Shown here: one piece after another, positions 1 through 8,778 of the stretch
How positions within the stretch are numbered: the stretch's first letter is position 1
Layout of the letters: each line of letters begins with the position of its first letter
DNA from: Escherichia phage BEU33
Direction: 5' to 3' (one strand)
Length of the DNA: 44,050 bases
Sequence record: OM632667.1
Program-made: the position numbers and the translations under genes
The notes under the pieces: generated by a model
Databases searched by the model: none
What the model was told of the DNA's origin: nothing
Seen by the model: only the letters and a program-made list of their open reading frames with translations

Positions 1-1251
1 ACGGAGCCGCAAGGCGCGTTTCTCGGTATGCATTGCAAGTTTCCGGCATTCGTAGCTGGCTTCGGTACGGGTAAATCCGAAGTTATGTGCAACTCTGCAC
101 TACTCGACAGCATGGAAGGTGGTAGCGATTCTATCATCGCCATGTATGAGCCGACCTATGACCTGGTGCGCCTCATCCTTGCACCGCGTATGGAAGAAAA
201 GCTCACCGACTGGGGTATCCGGTACAAATACAACAAGTCTGACAACATAATCTATACGTCTTCCGGACAATTTGGGGATTTTGTTCTGCGTACACTTGAT
301 AATCCAGCAAGAATCGTTGGCTACGAATCGTTTCGTGCGAAAATCGACGAGTTGGACACCCTTAACATGGAGCACGCCGAGCACGCGTGGAACAAAGTCA
401 TCGCCCGTAACCGCCAGTTGCCGCGGACATATAAACCTATTACACCGAAACCTGCTAATACCGTTTCCGTGTTCACTACTCCGGAAGGATTCCGTTTCGT
501 ACATGACCGCTGGGTAGTCAAAAAGAATCCAGGCTACGAGATGATTCAGGCGTCCACCCTGTCTAACCCGTTCCTGCCAGAAGATTATGTGCAGTCGTTA
601 CGCGACACATACCCAGGTCAGTTGATTGACGCCTACATCGACGGCAAGTTCGTAAACCTCACGTCCGGAACGGTATACTATGCTTACGACCGCAGGAAAA
701 ACAGCAGTCGCGAAACAATCAATCCCGGCGAGACTCTGTATATTGGGCAGGACTTTAACGTAGGTCACATGGCGAGCACGGTTTACGTGCAACGCGGTAA
801 GGTCTGGCACGCTGTTGCCGAGTTGGTTGATATGTTCGATACGCCTGACGTAGTGCGGGCCATAACTGAGCGATGGAAAAGTAAGGGCCACTATATCGTT
901 ATGTACCCGGACGCCAGCGGCAAAAACCGTAAAAGCAACAACGCCAGTACCTCAGACATCGCTCAGTTACAGCAGGCCGGTTTCGAAGTACGCGCCAAAT
1001 CAACAAACCCGCCGGTTAAAGACCGCGTATCAGCAATGAACAAGGCGCTTGAATCTGGTATGGTCATGATTAATGAGCAGGCATGCCCGGTTACGGCGCG
1101 ATGCCTTGAGCAACAGGCTTACGACAAGAACGGCGAACCAGATAAATCGGGTGGTGTGGACCACCAGAACGACGGGACCACATATCCTATCGCGTATGAA
1201 ATGCCGATTCGCAAACCAGTTATTAATGTCCCGGTGACTTTCGCACTTTAA
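1..1251 (+). CDS. terL: terminase large subunit, N-terminally truncated by window start
   Basis: Frame 1 is open from position 1 with no upstream stop; Walker A-like FVAGFGTGKSE near the N-terminus; lies between terS and portal. Confidence 0.75.
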   Translation, partial: TEPQGAFLGMHCKFPAFVAGFGTGKSEVMCNSALLDSMEGGSDSIIAMYEPTYDLVRLILAPRMEEKLTDWGIRYKYNKSDNIIYTSSGQFGDFVLRTLDNPARIVGYESFRAKIDELDTLNMEHAEHAWNKVIARNRQLPRTYKPITPKPANTVSVFTTPEGFRFVHDRWVVKKNPGYEMIQASTLSNPFLPEDYVQSLRDTYPGQLIDAYIDGKFVNLTSGTVYYAYDRRKNSSRETINPGETLYIGQDFNVGHMASTVYVQRGKVWHAVAELVDMFDTPDVVRAITERWKSKGHYIVMYPDASGKNRKSNNASTSDIAQLQQAGFEVRAKSTNPPVKDRVSAMNKALESGMVMINEQACPVTARCLEQQAYDKNGEPDKSGGVDHQNDGTTYPIAYEMPIRKPVINVPVTFAL

Positions 1252-1263
1252 GAGGATTATTCA

Positions 1264-2745
1264 ATGTTAACTATGAACGGTCAGAATCAGGGTGTTAAGA
1301 CAAAACACCGGGAATGGCTGCACCACTTCGATAAATGGCAGAAGGTGCGCCACGCGCTGGAAGGCGACCTTATCCGCTATCTGCGCAACGTTGGGAAGAA
1401 TGAGCCGGACCCGACCTACGCGGCACAGCGCCAGGAAGAATACGAGAACGGCGCTATCTGTTACAACTTCACCAAGAGAACGCTGGCGGGGATGGTCGGC
1501 AGTGTCATGCGCAAAGACCCCGAGCAGATTATACCGCCTGAACTGGAGTACCTGTTACGTAACGCGGACGGTTCTGGTGTCGGGCTGTGGCAGCACGCAC
1601 AGGATACGCTAATGGAGATTGATTCGGTGGGTCGTGGCGGGTTGCTGGTGGACGCCCCGGAGACAGCCGCGGCAACGGCAGCCGAACAGAACGCGGGGTT
1701 ACTAAACCCGGTCATTGCATTCTACACTGCTGAGAACATCATCAACTGGCGACTGACCCGCATCGGCTCAGTGAACCGTGTGACGATGGTCGTGTTGCGT
1801 GAAGTGTGGGAATACTCAGAACCTGGAGCAGAGTTCGAAACTAAGTTCGGTGAACAGTACCGCGTCCTTGACCTGATTGATGGTCGCTACCGCCAGCGCA
1901 TTTACCGTTTCGACGCCGAGGGCGGCGCTCAGGGCGAAGTAATCGAAATCTTCCCGGAACTCGGCGAACAGTTACGCGGCAAAATCCCGTTCACGTTCAT
2001 TGGTGCAAGCAACAACGATGCAACCATTGACGATGCACCTTTGCTGCCGTTGGCTGAGCTTAATATTGGGCATTTCCGCAACAGCGCAGACAATGAGGAG
2101 TCCAGTTTCGTTGTAGGTCAGCCAACTCTGTTCATCGCCCCGGGTGAGAACATGAGCATGGAACAGTGGAAAGAAGCCAACCCACACGGCGTGCGTATGG
2201 GGTCACGTTCTGGCCATAACATCGGTTACGGCGGCAATGCGTTTCTGGTCCAGGCCGGTGAGAACAACCTAGCCAAGCAGAACATGCTGGATAAAGAGAA
2301 TCAGGCCATCCAGATTGGTGCGCAGCTTATCACCCCTACCCAGCAAATCACCGCTGAATCAGCCCGCCTGCAACGTGGTGCCGACACGTCCGTTATGGCG
2401 ACAATTGCACGTAACGTAAGCATGGCGTATACCGATGCGCTAAAGTGGGTTGCGGGTATGCTTGGGCTTAGTGACGGCACTGAAATTGAGTTCAAACTGA
2501 ACATGGAGTTCTTCCTGCAACCAATGACCGCCCAGGACCGCGCTCAGTGGATGGCGGATATTAACGCGGGCCTGTTACCGGCTACCGCTTACTATGCCGC
2601 GTTGCGTAAGGCGGGGGTAACTGACTGGACAGACGAGGACATTCAGAACGCTATCGAGGATGCGCCGCTGCCGTTAGGTGCTGTTACTCAGGTGGCGGGG
2701 GAGATTCCGCAGTCGGCGCAGCAACAGGACACCACTCAGCCGTAA
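1264..2745 (+). CDS. portal protein
   Basis: 493-aa ORF directly after terL with RBS AAGAGGA; size and position typical of portal; no motif verified. Confidence 0.6.
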   Translation: MLTMNGQNQGVKTKHREWLHHFDKWQKVRHALEGDLIRYLRNVGKNEPDPTYAAQRQEEYENGAICYNFTKRTLAGMVGSVMRKDPEQIIPPELEYLLRNADGSGVGLWQHAQDTLMEIDSVGRGGLLVDAPETAAATAAEQNAGLLNPVIAFYTAENIINWRLTRIGSVNRVTMVVLREVWEYSEPGAEFETKFGEQYRVLDLIDGRYRQRIYRFDAEGGAQGEVIEIFPELGEQLRGKIPFTFIGASNNDATIDDAPLLPLAELNIGHFRNSADNEESSFVVGQPTLFIAPGENMSMEQWKEANPHGVRMGSRSGHNIGYGGNAFLVQAGENNLAKQNMLDKENQAIQIGAQLITPTQQITAESARLQRGADTSVMATIARNVSMAYTDALKWVAGMLGLSDGTEIEFKLNMEFFLQPMTAQDRAQWMADINAGLLPATAYYAALRKAGVTDWTDEDIQNAIEDAPLPLGAVTQVAGEIPQSAQQQDTTQP

Positions 2746-2755
2746 GTTCACATAT

Positions 2756-2779
2756 AGCCCCGAAAGGGGCTTTCTTATA
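2756..2779 (+). terminator. stem-loop AGCCCC-gaaa-GGGGCT followed by T-rich tract
   Basis: Perfect 6-bp stem seen directly after portal stop; weak U tract. Confidence 0.45.
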
Positions 2780-2814
2780 GTATGCTATTAACTTTAGTAC
2801 CACAGGGTTTAACT

Positions 2815-3855
2815 ATGAGCTTACTTACATCCCTCATCAGCCATCAGATATGGCTGCAACGCACCGCATCCGGTGAGGTGAAAGACCTCACACCGTTCAT
2901 TCAGGAGATGCGGGATGAAATTAAACGGCAGGTGCTGTTATTCGGTGACGACGGTCGTAGCACTGCGCGACTGAATAAATTGTTACGCGACCTTGAGGAA
3001 GCACTAACCGGACTTACGGGCGACTGGCAGACAAAGCTGACAGAAGACCTTAAGGAACTGGCGGCGTATGAGGCCGAGTGGAACGTAAAGACTCTGACCG
3101 CCAACGTTAACGCGGAATTTGTTACCCCTACCGCGGAACAGGTGTGGGCCGCTGCCGAGTTTCAGCCATTATCGTTGAGTGACAAGCCCGTTGATTTCAC
3201 TAAGCTGATGGACGGCTGGGGTGAAACAGAAGTCGCGCGCCTGGTAACCGGCGTTAAGATGGGCTTTGTACAAGGCCAAACCACACGGCAGATTGTTAAG
3301 AACGTCGTAGGCGCTGGCGGACTGGCGGACATCTCTGAGCGTAACGCGGCCACCGTAATCCGTACTGCACTGTCTCACGTATCCAACGAAGCACGTAACG
3401 AGACGTACCGCCAGAACGACGACATCATCGAGAAATATGAGTGGGTGTCTACGCTGGACAGCCGTACCAGTACTTGCAGGGCCAGAGACGGAATGACGTG
3501 GGAAATCGGTAAAGGTCCGATGCCACCAGCCCATCCTAATTGCCGAAGTACCACTGCACCGGTAATCAGTTCAGAGTTCGACTTCCTTGATAAAGGCGCA
3601 AAACGTGCGGCTAAGGGTGCGGACGGCGGTACTCAGGTAAGCGCAGACACCACTTACTACGAGTTCCTTAAACAACAACCGGCGTGGTTTCAGGACCAGG
3701 CCCTCGGCCCGGTGCGAGGTAAGATTTTCCGTAACAGCGGTATATCGCCGGAAGAGTTTCGCGTAATATCTGTAGATGGTTTCGGGAATCCGCTCACGCT
3801 TAAGCAGATGGCGGAACTCGATAAACGTGTTGCTGATTATCTGAAAGGGGAATAA
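2815..3855 (+). CDS. head morphogenesis protein (Mu F / SPP1 gp7-like minor head protein)
   Basis: Position after portal, size; ATG 2815 preferred over ORF-track ATG 2782 which sits inside the hairpin tail without RBS. Confidence 0.5.
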   Translation: MSLLTSLISHQIWLQRTASGEVKDLTPFIQEMRDEIKRQVLLFGDDGRSTARLNKLLRDLEEALTGLTGDWQTKLTEDLKELAAYEAEWNVKTLTANVNAEFVTPTAEQVWAAAEFQPLSLSDKPVDFTKLMDGWGETEVARLVTGVKMGFVQGQTTRQIVKNVVGAGGLADISERNAATVIRTALSHVSNEARNETYRQNDDIIEKYEWVSTLDSRTSTCRARDGMTWEIGKGPMPPAHPNCRSTTAPVISSEFDFLDKGAKRAAKGADGGTQVSADTTYYEFLKQQPAWFQDQALGPVRGKIFRNSGISPEEFRVISVDGFGNPLTLKQMAELDKRVADYLKGE

Positions 3856-3907
3856 TGATGGGCTTTTTCAAAGTAACTGATGTACCGTCGCGTCGCGTAG
3901 TCCAGTC

Positions 3908-4309
3908 GTGTCTGGCTCTGGCGAGAACGTGGTGTTTATTGAAGATGAAAGTGTACTCGGTACACCAGTAGACGATATGCCGTTTGCAGACAAGACAGGT
4001 ATCGCACTCTCTGCCGCTGGTATGCTTTATGAAATTCCGTATCTGGCGGACGCTGGTGACGTGTATTTCTCTGTGCAACCGAAAGACACTGAACTTACAG
4101 ATGGCAGCGCAACTATCACTGTCGAAGTTAAGGCGGGTAAAGCACCGTATGCTCTGACCTGGTACAAAGACGGTAAGGAAGTGGTAAACGCCCCGGAAGA
4201 GGCCTTGTCTCTGACGGTTAATGCAGTTGGTGAATACTTCGTTAAAGTTACCGATGCTGATGGTGTAGAGGCTGTCAGTAAAGCTGCGAAGGTCACTAAG
4301 CCCGAATGA
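3908..4309 (+). CDS. Ig-like domain protein, possible capsid accessory/decoration
   Basis: C-terminal motif LTWYKDGKEV..GEYFVKVTDADG typical of bacterial Ig-like domains; start is GTG with no RBS, so start is uncertain. Confidence 0.45.
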   Translation: MSGSGENVVFIEDESVLGTPVDDMPFADKTGIALSAAGMLYEIPYLADAGDVYFSVQPKDTELTDGSATITVEVKAGKAPYALTWYKDGKEVVNAPEEALSLTVNAVGEYFVKVTDADGVEAVSKAAKVTKPE

Positions 4310-4312
4310 TAA

Positions 4313-4340
4313 AAGGCCCCATTAAGGGGCCTTAGTTTTT
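4313..4340 (+). terminator. rho-independent terminator AAGGCCCC-attaa-GGGGCCTT plus T-tract
   Basis: 8-bp GC stem and AGTTTTT directly after the Ig-like gene stop. Confidence 0.75.
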
Positions 4341-4346
4341 AACTGA

Positions 4347-4375
4347 ATAGTACCCTATTATATTGGTGTGTGCAA
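4347..4375 (-). promoter_or_regulatory. promoter-like module TTGCAC-N17-TACTAT on minus strand
   Basis: Same hexamers and spacing as modules at 13582-13610, 37491-37519, 38709-38737; here it faces the terminator, so function is unclear. Confidence 0.3.
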
Positions 4376-4427
4376 ACTATTTATTTACGTATTCCAGTTA
4401 TTCCACTCAATTGTAAATGTTGGAATA

Positions 4428-4443
4428 AACTATTCGAATAGTT
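4428..4443. promoter_or_regulatory. perfect 16-bp palindrome AACTATTCGAATAGTT, candidate operator
   Basis: Exact inverted repeat; overlaps the -35 of the promoter at 4442-4470; half-site ACTATTC recurs in other promoter modules. Confidence 0.5.
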
Positions 4444-4470
4444 GACTTTTCACTGAAAATGTGCTAAGCT
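4442..4470 (+). promoter_or_regulatory. sigma70-like promoter TTGACT-N17-TAAGCT
   Basis: Hexamers and 17-bp spacer read directly; -10 is weak. Confidence 0.45.
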
Positions 4471-4517
4471 CCACCTGAGCTTGTGAAGTATGAACAAGCG
4501 ACCGCGGCGCGGGCAGG
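4465..4517 (+). repeat. 53-bp exact direct repeat, copy 1 (copy 2 at 37402-37454)
   Basis: Identical 53-mer TAAGCTCCACCTGAGCTTGTGAAGTATGAACAAGCGACCGCGGCGCGGGCAGG at both loci. Confidence 0.85.
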
Positions 4518-4677
4518 TAACGGAGCGGGACGTAAGTCCTGAGTGTAGTTACGCTGACGCGTTCGGAAGGGCCATACTCTATTGCTTGTGTAAAAAGTAA
4601 CTGGTTTACTGAGATTACGCCGTTTCTATGTTTAAATTATAAGGACTAGCGCCCCGCTTTAAGGCGGGGCTTTACTT
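4477..4677 (+). ncRNA. candidate small RNA or regulatory leader
   Basis: About 200 nt between promoter 4442-4470 and terminator 4651-4677 with no ORF of 60 aa or more; begins with the 53-bp repeat. Confidence 0.3.
4651..4677 (+). terminator. rho-independent terminator GCCCCGC-tttaag-GCGGGGC plus TTTACTT
   Basis: Perfect 7-bp GC stem followed by T-rich tract. Confidence 0.65.
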
Positions 4678-4694
4678 ATCGAGAAAGGGGAAAC

Positions 4695-5081
4695 ATGAAT
4701 CTTAAAGCAACTGTCGTGGCAGGAGCATGTTTCATCATCCTGGCTTACACACACGGCATTTATCAGTACCGCAGCGGCTGGCACGAAGGCCGCGCTAATC
4801 TCGTTTCGCAGCAACAGCAGAAAGCACAGGCCGAGTTAGCGAAGAAAACACAACGGCAGCAGCAAGATGAATCAAAGGCCGCCGCCGCTGACAACGAAGG
4901 CAAGACGAAATCAGAGGTGATTACCCGTGAAGTCGTTAAGTACATTAAAACGCCTGGTCGCAGCGTGTGCACTTTTGACGATGCTCGCGTCCTGCTCAAG
5001 TCCCGCGCCGTCGCCAACGCCAATTCCATCTCCGGATACGACGATGATGCAGCCGCCGTGCAAGCTGGCGCCACCAAGTAG
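4695..5081 (+). CDS. i-spanin (Rz-like)
   Basis: N-terminal transmembrane segment then Q/A/K-rich coiled-coil-like region; contains an embedded +1 lipoprotein ORF; RBS AAAGGGG. Confidence 0.65.
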   Translation: MNLKATVVAGACFIILAYTHGIYQYRSGWHEGRANLVSQQQQKAQAELAKKTQRQQQDESKAAAADNEGKTKSEVITREVVKYIKTPGRSVCTFDDARVLLKSRAVANANSISGYDDDAAAVQAGATK

Positions 5082-5190
5082 TGACGCGGACGAGGATTTA
5101 GCTATCGACGTTCAGAACGCCGAATGCGTACGGCAACTGAGACTGAAAGTGTTCATGTTGCAGGATTACGTGAGGAATATTCTGGAATAG
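4927..5190 (+). CDS. o-spanin (Rz1-like outer-membrane lipoprotein)
   Basis: Signal peptide with lipobox LASC, proline-rich mature part; starts in +1 frame inside Rz and runs past its stop; GTG start with RBS GAGGTG. Confidence 0.6.
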   Translation: MKSLSTLKRLVAACALLTMLASCSSPAPSPTPIPSPDTTMMQPPCKLAPPSSDADEDLAIDVQNAECVRQLRLKVFMLQDYVRNILE

Positions 5191-5272
5191 TTGCCTTGCA
5201 TGTTGGAATAATTTATTCTTGACATGTAAATCCGGGTGGCCCGGATTCCAACGTCCAGGGGACATACTGACT

Positions 5273-5974
5273 ATGAATCGTTTTTTACGTTATCCGTTCC
5301 AGGAAGAAGCTGGAGCAGAAGATAAAGCTGGTGGCGGTGACGCTCCTAAAATGTTCACCGCTGAAGAAGTTCAGGCGCTGATTGAGAAAGAAGTTGCCGG
5401 GCTTAAGGCCAATCAGGAAGCATTGCTGGCGGAGAAGAAAGAAGCCGCCCGTAAAGCAAAAGAGGCCGAAGAAGAACGGCAGCGTGCGCACCAGGAGGCG
5501 TTAAAGGCCGCCGGTAAGATGGACGAGTTTGAAAAGACGATTCGTAGCCAGTATGACCCGGTGTTAGCCGAGAAAGATGGCCGCATCTCCAAAATGGCAG
5601 AGCGCATCCTCGGCAGCGAACGTAAAGCGGTGCTAGGCTCTTTCGCGGGTGACTTTATTACCCCGGAAGCAGTGGACATCCTTGCGCCGTTCGTTAAGAC
5701 TGAGTTCGAAGGTGATGATGTGGTTACTAAGTTTGTCGGCGCAGACGGTAACGTAATCACGACTGACCCGGAACAGTTCCGCAAATACCTGCGCGAACAC
5801 AAAGCGTTTTCGCATTTGATTAAAGCAAATGCAGCTTCCGGCGGCGGGGCTTCCGGTGGCAAAGGCGGCGGGGCCGCACCAGCGTTTAAAGACATGAGTG
5901 AAGCAGAGCGTTTAGCCCTGTATAAATCGAACCCTGCCGAATTTGAACGGCAACTTAAAGCCCTGAGGAAATAA
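5273..5974 (+). CDS. scaffolding protein
   Basis: Charged A/E/K-rich helical-looking protein immediately upstream of major capsid gene; ATG 5273 preferred over TTG 5219. Confidence 0.5.
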   Translation: MNRFLRYPFQEEAGAEDKAGGGDAPKMFTAEEVQALIEKEVAGLKANQEALLAEKKEAARKAKEAEEERQRAHQEALKAAGKMDEFEKTIRSQYDPVLAEKDGRISKMAERILGSERKAVLGSFAGDFITPEAVDILAPFVKTEFEGDDVVTKFVGADGNVITTDPEQFRKYLREHKAFSHLIKANAASGGGASGGKGGGAAPAFKDMSEAERLALYKSNPAEFERQLKALRK

Positions 5975-5976
5975 TA

Positions 5977-7026
5977 ATGGCAATTACCACTATCGGCGAT
6001 ATCGTAACTGGCAACATCCCGGTCCTGGCGTCTTATATGACCGAGGACCCGGTAGAAAAAACCGCGTTCTTCCAGTCTGGTATTCTCACCCCGACCCCAT
6101 ACGCCGCCGAGATTGCCCGCGGCCCGTCCAACGTCGCTAATATTCCTTTCTGGAAAGCGATTGATACCTCTATCGAGCCGAACTACTCGAACGACGTATA
6201 CCAGGACATCGCCACCCCGCGTAACGTGCAGACCGGCGAGATGATGGCGCGCGTTGCGTACCTGAACGAAGGTTTCGGTCAGGCGGATTTGACCGTTGAA
6301 CTGACCAGCCAGAACCCGCTGCAATCCGTAGCGTCACGTCTGGATAACTTCTGGCAGCGTCAGGCACAACGCCGTCTGATTGCTACCGCGCTCGGGCTGT
6401 ACAATGACAACGTAGCCGCTACCGACGCATACCACGAGCAGAATGACATGGTAATCGACGTGTCTGCTACTCTGGGCTTCGATGCGGGCGCGTTCATCGA
6501 CGCTACCCAGACTATGGGCGATGCTCTGATGGGCAACGGCGGTGAAGTGCTGGGGGCTATCGCGATGCATAGCTTCGTTTATGCGCAGGCACGTAAGCAG
6601 CAGCTTATCGACTTCATCCGTGACGCGGACAACAACACCATGTTCGCCACCTACCAGGGCTACCGCGTGATTGTTGACGACAGCATGACCGTAGTCGGCA
6701 CTGGCCCGACCCGTAAGTTCATCTCCATCATCTTCGGCAACGGCGCTATCGGTTACGGTGAAGGTTCTCCGTCCAACCCGCTGGAATACGAGCGCGAAGC
6801 GTCCCGCGGCAACGGCGGCGGCGTTGAAACCCTGTGGACCCGTAAGACCTGGTTGCTACATCCGTTTGGTTACAGCTTCACCAGCGCGGTAATCACTGGC
6901 AACGGTACCGAGACTATCGCCCGCTCTGCTTCATGGCAGGACCTGGCGAACGCCTCCAACTGGAACCGTGTGGTTGACCGTAAGCATGTACCGATTGCCT
7001 TCCTGGTAACTGGTGTCAGGGCTTAA
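5977..7026 (+). CDS. major capsid protein
   Basis: 349-aa ORF after scaffold, followed by a strong terminator; typical position and size. Confidence 0.7.
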   Translation: MAITTIGDIVTGNIPVLASYMTEDPVEKTAFFQSGILTPTPYAAEIARGPSNVANIPFWKAIDTSIEPNYSNDVYQDIATPRNVQTGEMMARVAYLNEGFGQADLTVELTSQNPLQSVASRLDNFWQRQAQRRLIATALGLYNDNVAATDAYHEQNDMVIDVSATLGFDAGAFIDATQTMGDALMGNGGEVLGAIAMHSFVYAQARKQQLIDFIRDADNNTMFATYQGYRVIVDDSMTVVGTGPTRKFISIIFGNGAIGYGEGSPSNPLEYEREASRGNGGGVETLWTRKTWLLHPFGYSFTSAVITGNGTETIARSASWQDLANASNWNRVVDRKHVPIAFLVTGVRA

Positions 7027-7041
7027 GGTTAAGCTATAATC

Positions 7042-7070
7042 GAGAGGGACTTCGGTCCCTCTTTTCATTT
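7042..7070 (+). terminator. rho-independent terminator AGAGGGAC-ttcg-GTCCCTCT plus TTTCATTT
   Basis: 8-bp stem with tetraloop and U tract after capsid gene. Confidence 0.8.
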
Positions 7071-7087
7071 ACTAAGAGGATTCCTCA

Positions 7088-7429
7088 ATGGCAGACGTAT
7101 TGAAACGACGCATCACCGGCGTCTCCGCTGACGCCCCGGGCGCTAAGATTGACATGGCGACTATTTCTCCTGCGTCTTTCTCTCCCGCGCTGGCGGCTAC
7201 TACCGCAGTGACCACAGGTGAAACTATGACGCTGACCGTAACCGTAGCTGGCGGTCTGGAGCCGTATTCTTACCAGTGGTATAAGAATAACAACGCTATC
7301 GCCGGGGCTAACGCGGCTACCTACGCTAAAGCGTCAACCACTACCGCTGATTCTGGTACGTATAAAGTGGTTGTTCACGATGTGTATGGTAATATTATCT
7401 CCAGCAGCACTGTAGCAACTGTGTCTTAA
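7088..7429 (+). CDS. Ig-like domain protein, possible head decoration
   Basis: Motif YQWYKNN..DSGTYKV typical of Ig-like domains; RBS AAGAGGA. Confidence 0.5.
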   Translation: MADVLKRRITGVSADAPGAKIDMATISPASFSPALAATTAVTTGETMTLTVTVAGGLEPYSYQWYKNNNAIAGANAATYAKASTTTADSGTYKVVVHDVYGNIISSSTVATVS

Positions 7430-7433
7430 TACA

Positions 7434-7451
7434 ACGGCCCTTCGGGGCCGT
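7434..7451 (+). other. stem-loop ACGGCCC-ttcg-GGGCCGT without U tract
   Basis: Perfect 7-bp stem after Ig-like gene; no T-tract, so more likely a stabilising hairpin than a terminator. Confidence 0.4.
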
Positions 7452-7465
7452 AATAAGGAAAGGTC

Positions 7466-7645
7466 ATGGCAGATAATTATGTAATCCGCGAAAAGTACAC
7501 CCACGTTGATATTGTAGACGGTCAGGTGATGCCTGTTCGCGGTGTGGTAGAAGCGGATGAACTGGTTGCGACTCAACCGGACAACGAAGAAGCGCACAAC
7601 AACGGCGGTGGTGCTAAGCGTCGTCGCCGTAAATCAGAGGAATAA
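7466..7645 (+). CDS. hypothetical 59-aa protein with basic C-terminal tail
   Basis: Below ORF-track cutoff; strong RBS GGAAAGG; fills gap between 7429 and 7649. Confidence 0.35.
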   Translation: MADNYVIREKYTHVDIVDGQVMPVRGVVEADELVATQPDNEEAHNNGGGAKRRRRKSEE

Positions 7646-7648
7646 TTT

Positions 7649-8161
7649 ATGCCGCTAATCGTGGAAGACGGGTCGATAGTACCTAACGCCGACAGTTACA
7701 TTAGTCTGGCTGACGCCCGCGCGTTAGCGGCTAATTACGGTCTTGAGTTACCCGCAGACGATACTGCCACCGAAGTAGCCTTGCGCAACGGCGCTACTTA
7801 TGTCGGGCTTGCAGAACCGCAGATGTGCGGCCGCCGTGTGTCCGCCGAGCAGTCCCTGGCGTACCCCCGCACCGGCGTTACGTTAAACGGGTTCCCGGTG
7901 GTCAACAACGCCATTCCGAAACAGGTGATTCTTGCGCAGGTAATCGCTGCCGCTACATATGGCGAGGGCACCGAAGTCCGGGCTAACTCAGACGGTCGCG
8001 CCGTGCAGACCGAGCGTGTCGAGGGTGCGGTAACAGTGACCTACTTCAACAATGGCAACAGTGGCGCTACGACCGCGATTACCGCTGCTGACGACGCTTT
8101 ACGCCCGTTATTGTGTGGCGGTCTTAACAATGGTTTCTCGTTTAACGTGTACCGGGGTTAA
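7649..8161 (+). CDS. head-tail connector protein (gp6-like)
   Basis: Position after capsid genes and size; weak N-terminal similarity pattern only. Confidence 0.4.
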   Translation: MPLIVEDGSIVPNADSYISLADARALAANYGLELPADDTATEVALRNGATYVGLAEPQMCGRRVSAEQSLAYPRTGVTLNGFPVVNNAIPKQVILAQVIAAATYGEGTEVRANSDGRAVQTERVEGAVTVTYFNNGNSGATTAITAADDALRPLLCGGLNNGFSFNVYRG

Positions 8162-8163
8162 AA

Positions 8164-8778
8164 ATGGCGAAGACTAAATCAGAGATATTCACGCTAATCG
8201 GTTCCGAGCTACCGGACAACACGACCGGACTTATTACGCCTGCGAAGTTGCGCGGGGTATTAACCCAGATGGCTGACTCACCTATTTACGCCACTCCGGG
8301 TGTTAAAGAGGTTGAAGTTCTCCGCGCTGCGTCGACAGTAGCGCAAGCGCCTACCGCAGTAGATACGGCGTTGCAGGTATCGTTCGGCTCTGCTCAGGGT
8401 AGTGCATCTGACCCGGTAATGATTAATGCTGCGGGGCTGGTTACATTCAACACCGCGGGTAACTATGCCGTTCGCATCAAGTTACAGGCCGGTCGCTCCG
8501 GCGCTAGCGGAACGTCTATCCTGTTGTCGCGTATCCTCATTAACGGCGCTCAGTACGGCTCACCAGCAGCTACGAAACTTGTTAGCTTGGAAACCACCAT
8601 CCCTATTGAATCCCGTGTAGTGATTAACCCAACCGCCGGGCAAACATTCGCCGTTCAGATTATGCGAGATAGCGCCGGGACTAACTTCGGAGGCGTATAC
8701 CCGCAGGTGGCTACTGTAACTGCATGGGGCACGGCACCGTCCGCGCTACTGGTTATTTCGAGACTGGAGGCTGCCTGA
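8164..8778 (+). CDS. hypothetical structural protein
   Basis: Tightly packed in head-tail joining cluster; no motif recognised. Confidence 0.4.
   Translation: MAKTKSEIFTLIGSELPDNTTGLITPAKLRGVLTQMADSPIYATPGVKEVEVLRAASTVAQAPTAVDTALQVSFGSAQGSASDPVMINAAGLVTFNTAGNYAVRIKLQAGRSGASGTSILLSRILINGAQYGSPAATKLVSLETTIPIESRVVINPTAGQTFAVQIMRDSAGTNFGGVYPQVATVTAWGTAPSALLVISRLEAA

Noticed and set aside
3858-3970. Programmed frameshift fusing the 37-codon ORF at 3858 to the Ig-like ORF
   Set aside because: No X XXY YYZ slippery heptamer found in the overlap and the required shift direction is not supported.
4341-4694. tRNA gene in the long intergenic region
   Set aside because: No T-loop (GTTCRANYC) or D-loop signature and no cloverleaf-compatible pairing seen; the TTCGAAT match is part of the palindrome.
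5413-6324. 303-aa minus-strand ORF antisense to scaffold and major capsid genes
   Set aside because: Antisense to well-supported structural genes; Arg/Ala-rich low-complexity product.
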